DNA of 46,602 nucleotides from Chromera velia (Eukaryota): NCBI GenBank assembly GCA_018398765.1, contig JAHBMJ010000482.1, positions 1 to 46,602 of the forward strand, read 5' to 3'. Shown piece by piece: positions 44,562 to 46,602 of this stretch (position 1 is its first letter; each line of letters starts with the position of its first letter). The notes under the pieces were generated by a model. It saw only the letters and a program-made list of their open reading frames with translations, ran no database searches and was not told where the DNA came from. The position numbers and the translations under genes were made by a program.

Positions 44562-45878
44562 TTGTTCGTGGTGGGTTTCGTTGAGCAAAGGGGCCCGACT
44601 ACGTCATGGACTGAGATCGAACTCCCGAAGTTGCCGGTGACCCTGGTTCGTTCTGGACTTGAGGACCTACTGGTCGAAGCTTCGGATCCGCGAGTGACAT
44701 CACGCCTTGATTGTGTGCTGGATGAGAGCAGAGACTTCAGTCCGAGGGCAGAAAAGGCGCTCGCTGCCACCATGCACTCGTCTCTCGTTCGAGCAGCACA
44801 ATATGCGGTAGATGAAAAAGTCCCTGCGCTTTTCGATGCCTCGTCTCCGTCATCTCTCGGGTCAGGCATCCAAGCGAAGAGACCCGACGTGCTCCTCCAG
44901 ATTGGATTTGTCGACTGTGTCCGCATCGAATCAAAAACGAGCGAAGCAGACCTGAGGAAGGCAAGTGGTGAGCTTGTGCGGAAAATGCGACCTTGGAGCG
45001 CAGCATTCTACGGGGATATGCCTTCGATTCTTGGCATCGTGTCCTCAGGTTCGGGCTTGTTTGAAGCCCGTGAGCTTCGACGAGATGGGAAGCCTGCATG
45101 GACTTTGCAGGGAAGGTTCTACGAACCCGGGGCAGTCACACTACTTGCAAGGGCGATGATTCAGGTGTGTGCTTATGCCAAAGCACGCTCAGATGTCGAA
45201 GGATGGAACTGTAAGAAAGACAGAGTGATGCTGCACAGGGATACCAAAGATGATTCAGAACCATATGTGGAAAAGGTCTACGAAGAATCTCGCATTCGCC
45301 ACCTCATTCCCTTTTACAATGCCACGGCGAAGGTACCGGGTCTTGAACGTGCGCAGCGCCTTCCCGAAAAAACAGCTTTCAAGCTGACGCCGTTTGGGTG
45401 TTCGCGGCTTCCACATTCATCTGAGGTTCTCCAGGACATAACCGAGACCGTTTCACAGATGCACAAGAAGCAGTGGGTTCACCGGGACCTTCGATGGGCA
45501 AATGTTGTCCTCGATGTGAGACGAGAAGGGCGGAGGTGGACCGTCATCGACTGTGAGTTCGCAGCAAAAATTGGAACATTCCGGAAGGACTCTCTCCCGC
45601 CCTCACTCGGTTTCACTCTTCAGGACCGTGTAGAGAGTGAAGATGAAAATGCGGAGGTAGACACGTCGCGTAATTACTTTCTCGTCGGAAAGATGATCCA
45701 GGAGCTCCTCGAGAAGGGTCTGGTTCAAGACGCTGCCGTCAACAAGCGGCTGGAAGAATTGGTTGTGCTACTCTGCAAGCCAGCAGACGGGCACGAGCGG
45801 ACGCAAATCATCAGCGACAGAGCACAGGGATTCAGAGAACTCAAAGACTACCTGACTGGGTGTGATATAGGGGTGTAA
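44562..45878 (+). CDS. PD-(D/E)xK nuclease-like domain plus protein kinase domain (Crinkler/CR-effector-like); 5' end unresolved
   Basis: KRPDVLL...RIESK (PD..ExK) followed by A..ELVRKM..W...FYG; kinase catalytic loop WVHRDLRWANVV and VIDCEFA. The ORF starts at TTG after a possible acceptor AG (44559-44560), so upstream exons may exist. Confidence 0.8.
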   Translation: MFVVGFVEQRGPTTSWTEIELPKLPVTLVRSGLEDLLVEASDPRVTSRLDCVLDESRDFSPRAEKALAATMHSSLVRAAQYAVDEKVPALFDASSPSSLGSGIQAKRPDVLLQIGFVDCVRIESKTSEADLRKASGELVRKMRPWSAAFYGDMPSILGIVSSGSGLFEARELRRDGKPAWTLQGRFYEPGAVTLLARAMIQVCAYAKARSDVEGWNCKKDRVMLHRDTKDDSEPYVEKVYEESRIRHLIPFYNATAKVPGLERAQRLPEKTAFKLTPFGCSRLPHSSEVLQDITETVSQMHKKQWVHRDLRWANVVLDVRREGRRWTVIDCEFAAKIGTFRKDSLPPSLGFTLQDRVESEDENAEVDTSRNYFLVGKMIQELLEKGLVQDAAVNKRLEELVVLLCKPADGHERTQIISDRAQGFRELKDYLTGCDIGV

Positions 45879-46602
45879 GAACGGGGGGGGGGGTGCGTTC
45901 GAGCTCTTAGGACTCCAGATCCGACGGGGTCCCCCCTGTTCTGGAGATCAGACCCCTGTGAACGGGGACCCCCCCGTTCGGAGAGCTCTAGGTGAGAAAA
46001 AGTGCTAGGTCATGAAGACAACCTAGATGATGACCTTCATGAAGCCTAAACTATTCTCAACTCTAACTCAAAACATACTTAAACTTCTAAAATTCTAGCT
46101 AAAATCTTCTTGTAACATTTTGTAACTTAAATAAAATTAACTTCAGCATGAATTGAATTCAACTTCGTCATGAGGTGTCATTAATCAGCTTCTAATTTTT
46201 TCTAATTTGTCATCAAACAAAGAATGGCAGAGGCAGAAACACTTGCGATATAAACATTAGGTAATCGATGTGTCCTTATGTATCAGGGCAGTCGTTGTGC
46301 ACCTGCAGAAAGGCAGCCAAAATTCTTGGTGAGCCAGTCAGATTCTCTTCTGGCTCGTCGGTATTGTCTGCCTCGGGTCACCCCTTCCACTTGATTCTAA
46401 ACCACCGTTTCCTCCTCCGAGGAGGGCCTCTCCACTCCCATCCCATCCGTGATAGACTCAAAAAATTAATTTTGATCACGCGCACAAACTCTGCGCACCC
46501 CTCCCCTCCTGTTCAATCCGACGGGCCCCCCCCCCCGTTCACGCTCTGCGGCCCTGTCCGAAGGACGGGCCCCCCCCATCGGGCAGGCTCCTGCCTGCCC
46601 CG

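Overview
Eukaryotic genomic window from an intron-rich protist. The intron style, microsatellites and gene content resemble a chromerid alveolate such as Chromera; this is an inference, not verified. Host genes, with exons reconstructed by hand and splice phases checked: a 10-exon P2C-type (Na+/K+- or H+/K+-ATPase alpha-like) pump (2068-8918 +); a secreted alpha/beta-hydrolase (19830-21200 -); a small SAP-domain protein (22041-22523 +); a 6-exon FAM221-like Cys/His-rich protein (24508-29482 -); a 20-exon ABC1/UbiB kinase fused to a beta-lactamase-like domain (30804-40687 +); and a PD-(D/E)xK nuclease-plus-kinase ORF of Crinkler-effector type (44562-45878 +). Mobile DNA: the 3' end of one Ty1/copia element (1-867), a hAT-like TIR element (10574-12423) and a full-length but decayed Ty1/copia element (12916-19154 -). 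The full-length copia is the most unusual object. Its 294-bp LTRs are bounded by a perfect 5-bp TSD yet end in AG...CT instead of TG...CA, and its primer-binding site matches the tRNA-Asn(GUU) anticodon arm rather than a tRNA 3' CCA end. Also notable: a GTCAGT-dominated 5' splice-site consensus, a remodelled third-cation site in the P2C pump, and loss of the SxxK motif in the beta-lactamase-like domain.
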